The position numbers were made by a program, and so were the translations under genes. 64,000 nucleotides of DNA from Takakia lepidozioides (taxonomy: Eukaryota > Plantae > Bryophyta). Numbering within the stretch: position 1 is the first letter of the stretch; every line of letters starts with the position of its first letter. This document shows, one piece after another, positions 25,424 through 37,993 of the stretch. The notes below the pieces were generated by a model that saw only the letters and a list, made by a program, of their open reading frames with translations, made no database searches and was not told the origin of the DNA. The stretch is taken from the NCBI GenBank assembly GCA_030704615.1, contig CM060734.1, forward strand, positions 6,820,001 through 6,884,000, read 5' to 3'.

Positions 25424-25450
25424 GCCTTGGTCAACACCCTGACCTCCGCG

Positions 25451-26727
25451 TCATTGGCCACGTTGAGCTTGCCCTTGGCCTCGTGGCTGGCCACCTCGTC
25501 CCCTCTGGGCTGCTCCACCTCGCCCCCGGCCACCATTGTTCCCTTGGAACTGGCCTGGGCGCAACTCAGGATGCAAACCATAACACTGAGCCTCTCCATG
25601 CCCGTGTTTGCCACAATGCCCACACTGTAACTGTGCAGGCTGTGCATGTGCCGGCCCTTTGCCTCCCTCTGGGCAATCCTTCTTGACATGGGGTCCTCCA
25701 CATGTCCAGCACACCACATCCGCCCGTTGTTGGCCAGCAAATGAAGGGAGAGACCCCTGCATCTGAGGTCCTCTCTGCCCTTCCCTGAGCTTCACCTGAG
25801 CCTCCTTGTTGCCTTGAGCACGTTGAGGTAGTGGTTGGCTAGGAGCACCACTACCTCGTGGTGTCTCCTTAGCAAATCCCACCATGACCACTCGTTCCTC
25901 CACCATGTTGAGCTCTATCCGCTCTGCCAGTAAAAACACATTTGCTAAGGTGGGTTGGGCCGCTTGTAGGAGAGTTGCATCCCGCACCCTTCTCCTCAGC
26001 TCCTTGTCCAATATCCCATACCAGAATTGGACTGCCTGAGCTTCCGTAACCCCTTGGGTTACATTTATCAAGCGCCTCATGCGAGTGAAAGCCTCCCTCA
26101 AGCTCTCGGTCGGCTTCCGTTGGAACTCTTGCAAGCTCCGCAACTTCTCTGTCCTCACCCCTTGGTAGTTCCCTCTCAACTCTTCGAAGAACTCCACAAC
26201 AGGGTTGAAGGCAGGCACGGGTACTAGTGCTGGTGCGGTAGTGGCTTGGGTGGACGTCGTAGCTACTGTACCACCAGTCCCACTTGTCCCTCTACTACTT
26301 GCTGAAGCTGCCGGTGCAGCGGCAGGTGTAGCCACTGCCCTCGTGGCTCTAGTGCCCCTAGTGATGGAGACATAGTCGGGTGACCAGTACATCCTCCACT
26401 CCTCGATCTCAACCTCATGCCCCCGCCTGAACTCATGTAATCATCCATAGGCGGCCCCTCAAGGTGCTGAAATAGCCCCTTCCATGCCATGAAAGGCGTA
26501 AATAGTTGTGGATTGCGCATTTGCTGCAAATCACACCAACTATCAAACTCTTGGATAAAATCATCCAACTCGATGGTGCCCACCGCCCCAGAGTACCTTC
26601 GTGGCCCCTTGGTAGCTCCATACATCTCCTCCATTGTGTCCCACAACAATGGCAAAGAAACAACTTGCACCGCCGGTATGAGTCCTCCTGATTCACAATC
26701 CGAATCAGAACCTTCCGTGGAAGACAC
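25451..26727 (-). CDS. Gag with two CCHC zinc knuckles, frameshifted near 26430
   Basis: LQEFQRKPTESLREAFTRM capsid-like motif; CWTCGGPHVKKDC and CGHCGKHGHGEAQC. Confidence 0.85.
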
Positions 26728-27579
26728 AGAGGTGAAGGTGGCCTAAACCGCACACCTCGTCTCGTGTACCCACTAGTATCGCTAGTGCTCGAACAGACAC
26801 TGTCCCCAGCAACTAGTGGCACCTCCGTGTTGACACTCAACCGGTCATGAACATGTCCCTAACCCCCTCTCCACAAGGTAACCGGGTAGAGAACCTGTTG
26901 CGGCTTATGGTTTGGAATACTAAGTTCCTAACATAGCCTACACCTGTACCTGCATCCACCGCAAGCACTCCTATGGTTGGCTGGTCATCACCTCCAACCT
27001 CACCACAGGAGAAACAATGATGGTCTGGCTGGTCATCACCCCAGCCTCACCATCGACAGCATGCTCTAGGACTGGCCGGTGATCAAATCCGGACCAATCA
27101 CCTATAAAAACAAGCGCCCAAACAAAACTAGCATGGCGCACAGTCAAGCATGCAGGTATGGAGGGGATCCAAACACAAGAAATCAGAATGACAACTCCCC
27201 CACACCAAAAACAACTCCACGGTGTTGCTCCTGCAAGGACACCCCAGCCCAAACCCGGACTGACTCTTGCCTCCACCTACGGAAAGGTCTTGGCCTAATG
27301 AGAGGGTGGAAACTACGAGGAAGAGAAGCTAAAGCAATGCCTAACCCCAGCATGCCCTCATCCCAACACTCTTCCTCTCCTCTCTTCCCTCACTTACATG
27401 ACCATGGGAATATCATGAAGATACTCCTCAAACCGCCCTCCACGAGCTTCAAAATTCGGCCTTCCAGACCATATGCCAGTCCTTAGGCAGTCCACCAGTG
27501 CCTCCACAAGTCAGCACAGGCCGTCCACAGGTCAACACGGGCCACCACAGACCAGCACAGGCCCACACAGCTCACTGGT

Positions 27580-28620
27580 CACAGCCGTCACAGTCCCACA
27601 GGCCACTGGGCACAGCCTGTCACAGCCCCTCATAGCCCGTCACAGCTCGCCACAGCCTGTCACAGCCCGTCACAGCCCCTCACAGCCCGTCACAGCTCGC
27701 CACAGCCCCTCACAGCCCCAAAGGCCTCAAGCACGGCCTGACACAGCCCCTCACAGCCCGTCACAGCCCCAAAGGCCTCAGGCACGGCTTGTCACAGCCC
27801 CTCACAGCCCCTCACAGCCCCAAAGGCCATGGGCACAGCCTGTCACAGCCCGTCACAGCCCCACAGGCCACTGGGCACAGCCTGTCACAGCCCCGCACAG
27901 CCCGTCACAGCCCCACAGGCCACTGGCCACAGCCTGTCACAGCCCCTCACAGCCCCAAAGGCCATGGGCACAGCCTGTCACAGCCCCTCACAGCCCGTCA
28001 CAGCCCCAAAGGCCTCAGGCACGGCCCGTCACAGCCCGTCACAGCCTCAAAGGCCTCAGGCACGGCCTATCACAGCCCCTCACAGCCCCAAAGGCCATGG
28101 GCACAGCCTGTCACAGCCCCTCACAGCCCGTCACAGCCTCAAAGGCCTCAGGCACGGCCTGTCACAGCCCCTCACAGCCCATCACAGCCCCAAAGGCCAT
28201 GGGCACAGCCTGTCACAGCCTCGCACACCCCGTCACAGCCCCACAGGCCACTGGGCATAGCCTGTCACAGCCCCTCACAGCCCCAAAGGCCACGGGCACA
28301 GCCTATCACAGCCCCGCACAGCCCGTCACAGCCCCACAGGCCTCAGGCACGGCCTGTCACAGCCCATCACAGCCCCAAAGGCCATGGGCATAGCCTGTCA
28401 CAGCCCGTCACAGCCCCACAGGCCACTGGGCACAGCCAGTCACAGCCCCACAGGCCATGGGCACAGCCTGTCACAGCCTCAAAGGCCTCAGGCACGGCCT
28501 GTCACAGCCCCTCACAGCCCATCACAGCCCCAAAGGCCATGGGCACAGCCTGTCACAGCCCCTCACAGCCCATCACAGCCCCAAAGGCCATGGGCACAGC
28601 CCGTCACAGCCCCATCCATG
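27580..28620. repeat. ~1-kb minisatellite of TCACAGCC(C) modules in the element leader
   Basis: Dozens of tcacagcc units interleaved with aaaggccatgggca / aggcctcaggca blocks. Confidence 0.95.
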
Positions 28621-29084
28621 GCCGCTCTGGCAGTTTAGCCATTTCTCCAAGGGGTTTAGCCACGCCAAGCTAGGGTTTGTGTCTCTTGGACTCTAGGCTT
28701 CTTTCCACCAAGCTATGGTGGCTGTGAGGAAATCAGCAAGGTATCCTTGCTCTTTCGGCTCCCACACACCACCATAGTAGCCCTAAGTCATGAGGTGGTT
28801 GCCACAAACCAAGCCTTCTTTCTCACTTAGCCTCCCCAAACACGCCACTAAACTCAATGGCAAACAACCAAGCCCTGCTGGTTCCCAGCCCTTGTGAGCA
28901 CTCATTCAAGCACTCTCATTGGCCATAGCATCTGTCTTAGAGCCTATTCCAGCCCTCTACACCTGTTGCTTCAAGAGTTGCGCTCCCTTCAAGCTTGAAG
29001 TTGAAACCCCAACTCACATAGGCCCTACAAGTGCTTTTCTTTCACTCCAAGTGGAAACCAGCCCTAGACCTTCCGTTCTAGCTC

Positions 29085-29490
29085 TCTAAGGCTTGAAAAC
29101 AAGAGCCTCAATGGGCTGAAGGCATGCTCCACATATGCCCCACTCTCACCATAAGAGAATCAGCTCCTTTGCTTCATTTCTTGCACCCACAAACCTGAAA
29201 ATACAAGCTTCAGCAGGCTGAAAGCATGCTCTACATGCCCTACAGGGAAACCAGCCCCTTCCTTCCTTCCTTGCACTCCCACACCTAAAAGTGCAAGCCT
29301 TCACCAGGCTGATAGCATGCTCCACACATACATTGCCCTCACATAAGGGAAGTCAGCCCTTCCCTCTTCCTTGCTTGCCCTCCAAGCTTGAAGATGGAAG
29401 CTTCAATGAGCTGAATACATGCTCCACACATGCAACCTCTTCACACAAGAGATATCAGCCCCCTATCTTGGCTCCTTGGCTCCTTGATGC
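29085..29490. repeat. Four diverged ~100-bp repeats in the element leader
   Basis: ..aagc(c/t)tca..gctga..catgctc(c/t)aca.. recurs at about 29090, 29195, 29285 and 29385. Confidence 0.65.
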
Positions 29491-30149
29491 TCTCTAAGAC
29501 AAGACTAAGCACTCCACAGCCTTTGCCAAGCTCCTGAAACCCTAAGGCTTACATTTCCAGCCACAAGACACTTCTCTTGTGGTGCAAGAGCTCTTCTTCC
29601 AAGCTCTGAAACCCTAGGTGCACATTCCATGGCCTTGCCGCACCTCTTAGCTCCTGTTCCAGCCCTGCTCTTGCCATGACAAGAGCCCTCTCAATGCTGA
29701 AGCTTGAGATTGAAACCCAATCTCACCATACTCCACAAAGTGCATTGATTTGCCCCAAGCCAAATCAGCCCTTTCGCTTGGTCTTGCAATCCTTCACACA
29801 ATGAAAGCTCGCATTCCCAAGTCCAGTTCTCAGCTTTGCCACCAAAGCCACTATAACCTGCTCTTGACTGGTCCTCTTCCCAATCGTGCTTGCTCATGCA
29901 TGTACACAATCTGGAACCATCAATGTGCTCTGGAATTACCTGCAGCATGGTGCTTTCATCTCTGAAGCTGAAGATCGAATGCCAAGGTCTACCACCTCGT
30001 AACCCACATCGCCTCCGCTTCTAACAACCAAGAGCTCCACGGTGCTCCTTGCATAACAACCTGGTTTCTCTCATTCTCAAGCAAAAACCACAAGTGCTAC
30101 AACTAAACTCGTATCTGGCACTCATAGATACGAGCTGATCTTTCTCGAG

Positions 30150-30476
30150 TGATAAAGAAGAAGAATACAAGCACAAGCTCATGCGAGCTCACAAAGCTGA
30201 AGCATAAACTCATGCATATATAACCTCATCACTCAAATACAAGTCAAGCCAAGTGCACCCCACGCCATGGGGAATCCACACTACGGCGCCATAGCTAGGC
30301 GCGGTGAGGCTCAACTCGAGAAAGATGAGCCTCCCGCGCTTGCCGTGAAGATAACCACTCCACGGCCTAAATCTGCCTTGACCCCTGGATTGACACTTGG
30401 GCCAATCCCAAATGTCAATATGTAAAAGCTAGCTATTTCCTAGCTAGTTTCACACTAGTGGTAAAATAACTTGACA
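30150..30476 (-). repeat. 5' partial LTR (B segment only, 327 bp)
   Basis: Matches 18755-19081 with 2 substitutions seen; the A segment is missing at this end. Confidence 0.92.
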
Positions 30477-32300
30477 CAATCTTTGTAGAGCCCTTTAAAT
30501 GCATTCCAGACTTTTGCCGGAGCATGGCATCCTAGAAGGCAGTGCTCCAATGTTTCTATCAATCCCGAGGTGCAGCAAGAACATAATAGTGCATCGTGGA
30601 ATTGGAGCCATTCTCCCACCTTGAGTACCCTATTCGCGATCTGCCATAGGAATGCAGAGATTTTTGCAGGCCTAGTTTTTATCCATATGGATTTCCAAAT
30701 TGCCTTCCAGTTTTCATTTTGAAAGCCAAAGGATTGTCATTTGGTGTTCCATTTGACATGGAGAGGCTTAGGATCTGCCAAGGCCTTGTAGGCCTTCCTA
30801 GTGGTGTAAGCGAAAAAGGGACCGGCGAGCTTTTGAAAGTCCAAGTCCACTCTTTGGGGTCCAATTGCAGTTCTGTCATGGGTCTTCCCAGCACCCAGAG
30901 GAAGGAACTCTCTACCAGCCAGGTACAAGTCGGGGTTCATGTTTTTCGTGGGGGAGCTCCAGCAGCAAACCCTAATCGGTATATGAGTAAACAGTGGAAT
31001 TCATATTGAGTCTCTACTTTGAAGGGACAATGATAAGTAGGGACATTGGGGGTCCCTTCCTGAACACCAGGGGAGAGATGCATGACGCTTTGGGGGTATC
31101 ATCGGTGTTGACTTCAGAGGAGCATTGGAGAGAAAGGCTGGGAAAGGATTTGATTCCTCTGAGAATTTTTGCTATTGTTGAGTGGCTAGCAATGGTGGAA
31201 GATCTCCAAGCAGGGTCATTCCTGATGTTGTCTGGGCACATGAAGGGATCAAACACAGAGATGCAACCTAGATAGTAATCAAAGTGATTAGCAATATCAG
31301 GGAAGTTGTAAAGGTATTGATCTGGTATGAATGGCACAAATACAATTCTGGGCCCCCACAGTTTGCCATTACGGTTGCCCATATTGGATGACCACGAAAA
31401 GATGTTGATGTTGAACCCAATTAGATGTGGATTAAAATTGAGTGCTTGGGCTGCTGCCTGGGATTCAAAAGCAATAAAAAAGAAGCCCCTTCCCTTTGCG
31501 TGGAAAAAATGATGTTTGAGCTCTCCTAGCCCTCCCAAGTGGCGAAGCGCCCAGTCTCGAACTGATTTTCTACTGACCTTTCTTCCGGGAAAGTGTACGA
31601 GGATTCCTCTTTCTTCCAGGGATTCTACCCTCTTCTGCATGTCAGGTACGTGCATGGAGATGAGATCCCAATCGCCATTCATGGCCTCCTGTTTTTCCAC
31701 ATTTTCCATGATGAGAAGGCCGTGATCGTCTAGGGGAGTGGTGTCTGCTGCTGGACTGAGATCCGAGGACTGGTGTTCATGAACCAGCCGTCATGAGATC
31801 TGAGAAGAGCGCGTGGGGGATGGTGGTCTCCTGACGATGGATTGACGCGGAGGGATTGCCTGCGCCTGGTGGGCCAGAAAGAAGCGCGTACCCGAGGTTG
31901 GTTGCGGGCGGCTGATCAGTGGAATTCTGGATGGACCTTGACGAGGGCATTTCCAAGAATTGGAAGAGCGACGCATCTGGGAGGCGTTGAAAGGGCCCAT
32001 GTTGAGCTGAAAGGGAGAAGGTAGAAAGAAAAGAGTGAGCTTTAGCTGAGTCTGGCGTGCTTAGAAGAGTTTGGAGGTGGACAGAATAAGAGTGCGGGAG
32101 GGGCTTAGATTGAGTGTGATCGATAGGGAGAGCGGGAAAGGATGTCAGGATGGTTCGTCAGCTGAGGGACCCGACCAGGTGGCAGTAACGAAATTATGTG
32201 CCATGAAGTTGACGGCAACTGCAGGCCTTTTGGATTCCCCGATACGGATGAATTGCGCCGCTTACTTGCGTGGAAATTAAGAAGGAGAGGTGGGATGAAG
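30477..32300 (-). mobile_element. Internally deleted LINE: ORF1 fragment (31014-31709) joined to the zf-RVT tail of ORF2
   Basis: ORF1 AKGRGFFFIAF..INIFSW; tail WKAIWKSIW..KISAFLWQIA..CSCC..ETLEHCLLGC. No endonuclease or RT between them; 5' limit approximate. Confidence 0.75.
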
Positions 32301-32938
32301 AGGTGATGATGAGAGTTCTGAAAATGAGGGTGAAATGTGACCGATTTGTTACGGGAAAACAGAATAAAGTGGAGTTTGAGGATGATTATGCTTCCTAGTC
32401 CTGGAATCTGTTTTGGATGTTTGTAAGGGGCTGGCTAGGCGGTCGAGGTAGAGTTTGGAAGGGCTTTTGGGAGAGACGAAGAGACCGTTGGAGGCTCTAT
32501 CTCTCACCGCAAACTGCCACTGTTTGGACATTGGCTCCGTTGGGGAGGCGTCTATATATATATATATTTGGACATAGTGCCGAGGCCGGGCCGGGATCTC
32601 TGACTATGGATGAGTGGCCCCCTTTATGCATCCATCGCGGGCACCGCACGATGAGTTGCGAGAAATCATCCGCGCACGGACGGACTCTGTGAGGCCCGCG
32701 AGACATTAGGCGCGGCACGCGGTTTGCGTGGGTGGGATAAGACCGCGCGGCGCCAGGTTCTAGTCGTGGTTTTGGATCACACACGGTGCACGCTGAAGGG
32801 CTACGGGGTGCGATAACGGGCGCGGGCCGGGCGGTGGATGGGAACGGCGGGCGTTTGGCCCGGGTGGCAGGGTCGGCCATAGCTCGCCTCCGGAGAGCTT
32901 AAGCGAGAAGCAAGGCAAGAAGCAAAGTGGAGAGCAGA

Positions 32939-33052
32939 CTGCAGCAGCCAGGGCTGGAAGCGTTCTACATTGAAATATACCTGAAGGGAGGGCTACGTAA
33001 CAAGCGTTCTAGGACATTTTCTCGCACTCGGCGTGCAATTGAGGGCTCCTGA
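32939..33052 (+). promoter_or_regulatory. Conserved-peptide uORF of PEAMT lacking an AUG
   Basis: Translates (L)QQPGLEAFYIEIYLKGGLRNKRSRTFSRTRRAIEGS*; the C-terminus resembles the RSRSFSRSRLAVEG-type PEAMT uORF peptide (recalled, not aligned). Confidence 0.75.
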
Positions 33053-33207
33053 ACTATTTCTAGCGTGCATTGTCGTGCCGCGCCGCAAGAGCGGTTGCGT
33101 TGGCTTTCCTTGTCGAATCAACAAGCGCTTCATCTGTTGTGTCTGGTGGTGTTGAAAATTAATTTGCTTGCTCATATAAGCGTTTTGCGACGCGTTTCCC
33201 ATCAACC

Positions 33208-36200
33208 ATGGCTGTCACTTGTATGTATTAGTCAGTCCCTGCGATTTGACTGCAGTGAACTCGAGATTATGGTTTTTGTTATCTTGTTAGAAGTTTGGTC
33301 TTAGTCACGCGATTCAGAAATATCTTTCTTCCAACCTGTTTTACGCATGTATCTCTGCCTGTTGATGAGATAAATCAATTTGTACATGCTTGAGTGCAAA
33401 TCATTTCACGTCTTTTTAATGGTCGGGCGCATGATCTGTTTCCGTTGGCTTGATTTCAATCATCTCGCGAGTTTATTGAATCTGCTAACTTGATTAGAAT
33501 GATCTTTCATCTCTTAGCAGCATGTATATAAGTTGGGCAGATTTTTGATTCGGTAGATCCTTTTGCAGATCTTCTTTGAATTCACTTGTGGTGGGCTTGG
33601 TCTGCTTCAACGAATCATTTGATTTGTTTTCCTCTTACCGATGGAAGTACAATCTGTAGTTCCAGATTGTCTACACCATGTTCATCACCATCACGATCTT
33701 GTGCCCCCTGCAGCGGAGCGGATGTTACAGCTGAACTACTGGAAGGAACATTCTGTGGACCCCAGTGTAGAGGCAATGATGCTTGATTCACAGGCTTCCA
33801 AGCTCGACCAAGAAGAGAGACCGGAGGTGTGTCAGTGTTTCTTTGACTGTAGTGGGAGTGTAGTACGGGAGAGTAGTGAAGATGAAATTGGTGTAACACT
33901 CAATTCGAGAACCATTCCTGATGTCTTGGATAACTTGTCATCTCACTTATGGAATGGTTGGATTTCCTCAGATCTTGTCACTGCTGCCTCCCATCAAGGG
34001 AAAGACCATCATTGAGTTAGGGGCAGGCATTGGTCGGTTTACGGGAGAGCTTGCAAAAAGTGCTGGCCATGTGCTGGCCATGGACTTCATGGAGAACGTC
34101 ATTAAGAAAGTATGTGGCTTATTTCAACTTCCTAGCCAGAAATTGTTTCTCTCTCAAATCCTACAGTACAAAGACAGATTTGAACTACGTCCGCAATGTC
34201 AGGAGAAACATGTCCAATGGCGTTCACTTTATACAAGATTCCACATGCATCTTGCTGTGCCGAACTCTTCTCTTATGGACTCTACGAGGGCTTTCGAAAG
34301 ATCTTACCTTAGTACAACGTACACCGGAGGTCTGCTTGTTTAATCACTTAAACAAAGGATTCCATGCATGATGTCACGGTGAGCTGTTTATCACAGATTG
34401 CACATGCACATTGCTGTTCCATATTCTTTTATATGGTATATAGTTGTCTTTTGAAGGATCATTTCCTAGTCCAGTGGACAGGTCTATATGTACTTTGACT
34501 TTCTCAGAGTGTGCACACAGTGTGTGCAGACATCTCATTTGCAAAGGGTTGATTTGTCTCAGCTTGTGTTTCTGTAGAACGAGACAGTAAATGGGCATCA
34601 TCAAAATGTAGAATTCCTATGTGCGGACGTCACATCTCCAGACGTGAAATTTGCCCCAGCTTCAGCTGACATTGTGTTTTCCAATTGGCTGCTCATGTAC
34701 TTGTCCAATGAAGAGGTAAGTTGTGCTCCTTGTTGGCACTCCATGCTCTGTTTGGAAGTCTTAGATGCTCTGGCATTCTGCTGGAAGTTTCTCTCTATCT
34801 GAAACGACCTTCATATGCTTGTATAATTTCCTCCTGGTTTGCTTTGACAGCTTTCCAATTGCTCCTGTTACTTCTCTCTTTACTGGCTTTACTCCAGAAC
34901 TAATCAATTGAATCCCCTTGGCTTCCTGTTGAAGGTGGAAGCACTGGCTGCGAATGTCATTAGCTGGCTGAAACTGGGAGGTTACATCTTTTTCCGTGAG
35001 TCATGCTTCCATCAGTCTGGGGACCACAAGCGGAAAAATAACCCCACTCATTACCGCGAGCCTAGCTTCTATACCAAGGTATGCAGGTCACTGCTACTCT
35101 AAAGTCATCAAAAGCAAATCTAGCTCTTTCATTATGGTTGTGTGTAGAGTTTACATGACACGCCATTTCTTTTCTTCTGTTCCCGTGTGGTCTTTTTCTG
35201 TTCCTGGTTTCATGCATTGTGGCACTGAAAATTGACCCAACATCTGAGACATAGTATGAGAGAGTGTGTTTGCTGTGAATAGTTATGCGTCTGTCATATT
35301 TCCATATACTTCTCTTTGTTATCACTGATAGACTAGTCTTTTCTCAGTGCTTCTAACTGTGCTGTTTTGCCGTATATTATCTGTGAAGTAGTTACTCCTG
35401 TCGAATCTCTCTTGAAATTTACCTCGCCAGTCGTTAGTGACAGCATTTAGATTGGGACACACAGTTGATATGGCTCATAGCTAGGGAAGTAAGTGAACTT
35501 GTCTATCTGTAATTACGTCTTAACATGTTGTTGTCGAGTATTGATGTAATTGGGTACTTTTGATATGTTTTATGCTTTTGCATGTGCCATACACCTGGCA
35601 GTTCTGTAAGTGATCAAGTCCCTCACATGTGCAGTGATGACATGATGAATGTCATTTCTTGACTCTCAGGTATTTGGGCAAACCCATTTTCAGGAAGAAG
35701 ATGGCAGCTATTCCGAGTTCCAACTTATGGGCTGCAAGTGCGTAGGGGCCTACGTGCGTAACAAGAGGAATCAGAATCAGGTTAGTATGTTCATATCTTT
35801 ACTTTCCAGATTGGATGGTTGACTAATATCCATGTATACGGTCTGTACATGGGTAGGGAAAACCAATTCTGCCCGTGAAGATAAAATAGAGATAATGAGC
35901 GTTGATCTTTTCGAACTCATGGAAGTCGGAAGAAAGGTGGTGGAGAGAGGAAGGGACAATTGTTGACAGAATTGTTCCAGGTATGCTGGTTGTGGAAGAA
36001 GGTTACATCAGATGGGCCAGAAGGAAGAACTTTCCAGCAATTTTTGGACACGGTTCAATACACCCAGATGGGTATCTTGCGATATGAGCGCATATTTGGT
36101 GAAGGCTTTGTCAGTACTGGAGGTTTGGGTAGGTATCATCTTCCCGAGGGTTCGGATGGTTCTCATGCTGGAGGTTTAGTCAGAGATCTCCTTACAACTT

Positions 36201-37993
36201 CTGCAATTAGACTGCTACACTTTTGAAATGATCCTAAGCTTTGAGCAATAAACATGTAGAGTAGTACTGTGCTGTCATAGCTGGAGATACATCCGTGATC
36301 CTGTAGAATAGAATATATAGAATAACCAGGTGGTTAGGATTTAAGAAACCTTGGGTATTTTGTTTGCAGAGAAGGTAAGGTGAAAAGCAAAGCCCAGAAA
36401 TAACCCTAAAAATTCTAGAGTTGGTTCAGCTTAGTGTTTGCTGACTAGCAGAATGACACAGCTGGGGCTTACCATCTAAGGTGTATGTGATGGCAGAAAG
36501 TACCAAGGAGTTTGTTGGTAAGCTGGAGCTGAAGCCAGGCCAGCGCGTCCTGGACGTGGGTTGTGGGATAGGTGGAGGAGATTTCTACATGGCCGAGCAG
36601 CTTGAGGCTGAGGTGGTAGGCATTGACCTCTCCATCAACATGATTTCATTTGCCCTCGAGCGCTCAATTGGCCGGAAATGTGCAATCGAGTTTGAAGTGG
36701 CTGATTGCACAAAAAAAACATTTCCCAAGGCATCGTTTGATGTCATCTATAGCCGGGACTCTCTTCTGCACATTCCAGTATACCCCTCAACCTCCCAGCA
36801 GTTAACACATATTCCTCTTGAAGAGAAAAGTTCTTCATAAAGTTATGAGTCTCTTTCTTTCTTTCTTTCTTTCTCGAGAATTAGAAAGGATGTGAGCATG
36901 TCAAAGAACATACAAATGAAGATTGCAATGTTGAAGTCAACTTGGATTAGGAACAAGCGTCTCACCTGATTGGATACTGCTGTTTGTGAGTTGAGCTCTA
37001 TGCAATTCTAGATTTAGTTATTGTAAAGTCATAGACTCTTGTTCAGTGTCATCCAGTGGAAGGAGTATGCCATTGCACAGGTCCTCGTTCGGACAACAAC
37101 AATGATGGATGGTTGTGTGCAGGATAAGTGCACCCTGTTCAAGCGATTTTATAAATGGTTGAAGCCTGGTGGTCAAGTTCTCATCAGTGACTACTGCAAA
37201 GCACCCTCAACTCCATCCCCAGACTTTGCTGCTTACATTGAGCAGCGTGGTTATGACCTGCACACTGTGTCACATTACGGCCAGGTACTCTGGAGCTTGC
37301 AAGCACAGCTTAGACCACAATTAATTTGGTGTTCTGCAGGAAGATGTTACGAGATGCACTTTCAAGGTTTTGAATATCACATCATTGGCCTTGGGTTGTT
37401 GTAACAGATGCTGAGGGAGGCTGGCTTTGTGAAAGTGGTAGCTGAAGATCGTACTGATCAGGTAAGCACTTTCATGATTTGAGCTATAAAAATACAAACA
37501 CGGTTCTTCTTTGTCAAGTGTTTTCAAAATATAACATCTCCTCTACACTGTCACTCCCACGCAAGTTTTCCAATTTGTTTTGGTTTTCTTCTTCTGCACA
37601 CTGAGAATAATGATCTACGACATTCATATAATGAAGTGTTTGTTGACTGCTCGGTCTGATATGACTGGTGCAGTTTGTGGAGGTGTTGAAGAAGGAGTTG
37701 GCTATCACTGAAAAAACTCGGGATCAGTTCATTGAAGAATTTTCAGAGGTAAGGTTTAGTGACATATGGATTTATAATATGCACTTATATTTCAATTGGT
37801 AGAGCACTCTATTACTGCTGTATCGTATACAGTACAAAGATTCATGGTTTGGCTGATGGTGCATGTGCAGGAAGACTACGAGTCCATCGTGACTGGATGG
37901 GAAAACAAGCTGAAGAGGTGTGGGGAGGGTGAGCAAAAATGGGGTCTTTTCCTTGCTTTCAAACCCGGCGCCATCTCCTCCAGTGTATGCTAA
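33208..37993 (+). CDS. PEAMT: Phosphoethanolamine N-methyltransferase, 12 exons: 33208-33220, 33714-33826, 33972-34109, 34578-34715, 34935-35078, 35670-35780, 35981-36128, 36497-36777, 37123-37284, 37408-37461, 37674-37748, 37871-37993
   Basis: GT-AG introns; [94 protein letters not shown]. Confidence 0.96.

Larger units (their letters stand above)
18563..30476 (-). mobile_element. Ty3/gypsy LTR retrotransposon with DNMT and PHD domains and circularly permuted LTRs
   Basis: TGTC...GACA ends, 4-bp TSD CAAT (18559-18562, 30477-30480), gag-PR-DNMT-RT-RH-IN-PHD order, PPT at 19274-19283. Several frameshifts and stops. Confidence 0.92.

Noticed and set aside
27473-28696. Long plus-strand ORFs (306 and 294 aa)
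   Set aside because: By-products of a stop-poor minisatellite, open in several frames and antisense to the element.
18563-30476. DIRS/Ngaro/PAT tyrosine-recombinase element, suggested by split repeats plus a methyltransferase
   Set aside because: It encodes a protease and DDE integrase, no tyrosine recombinase was seen, it has a TSD and TG..CA ends, and the MTase is C5-type rather than Dam-like.
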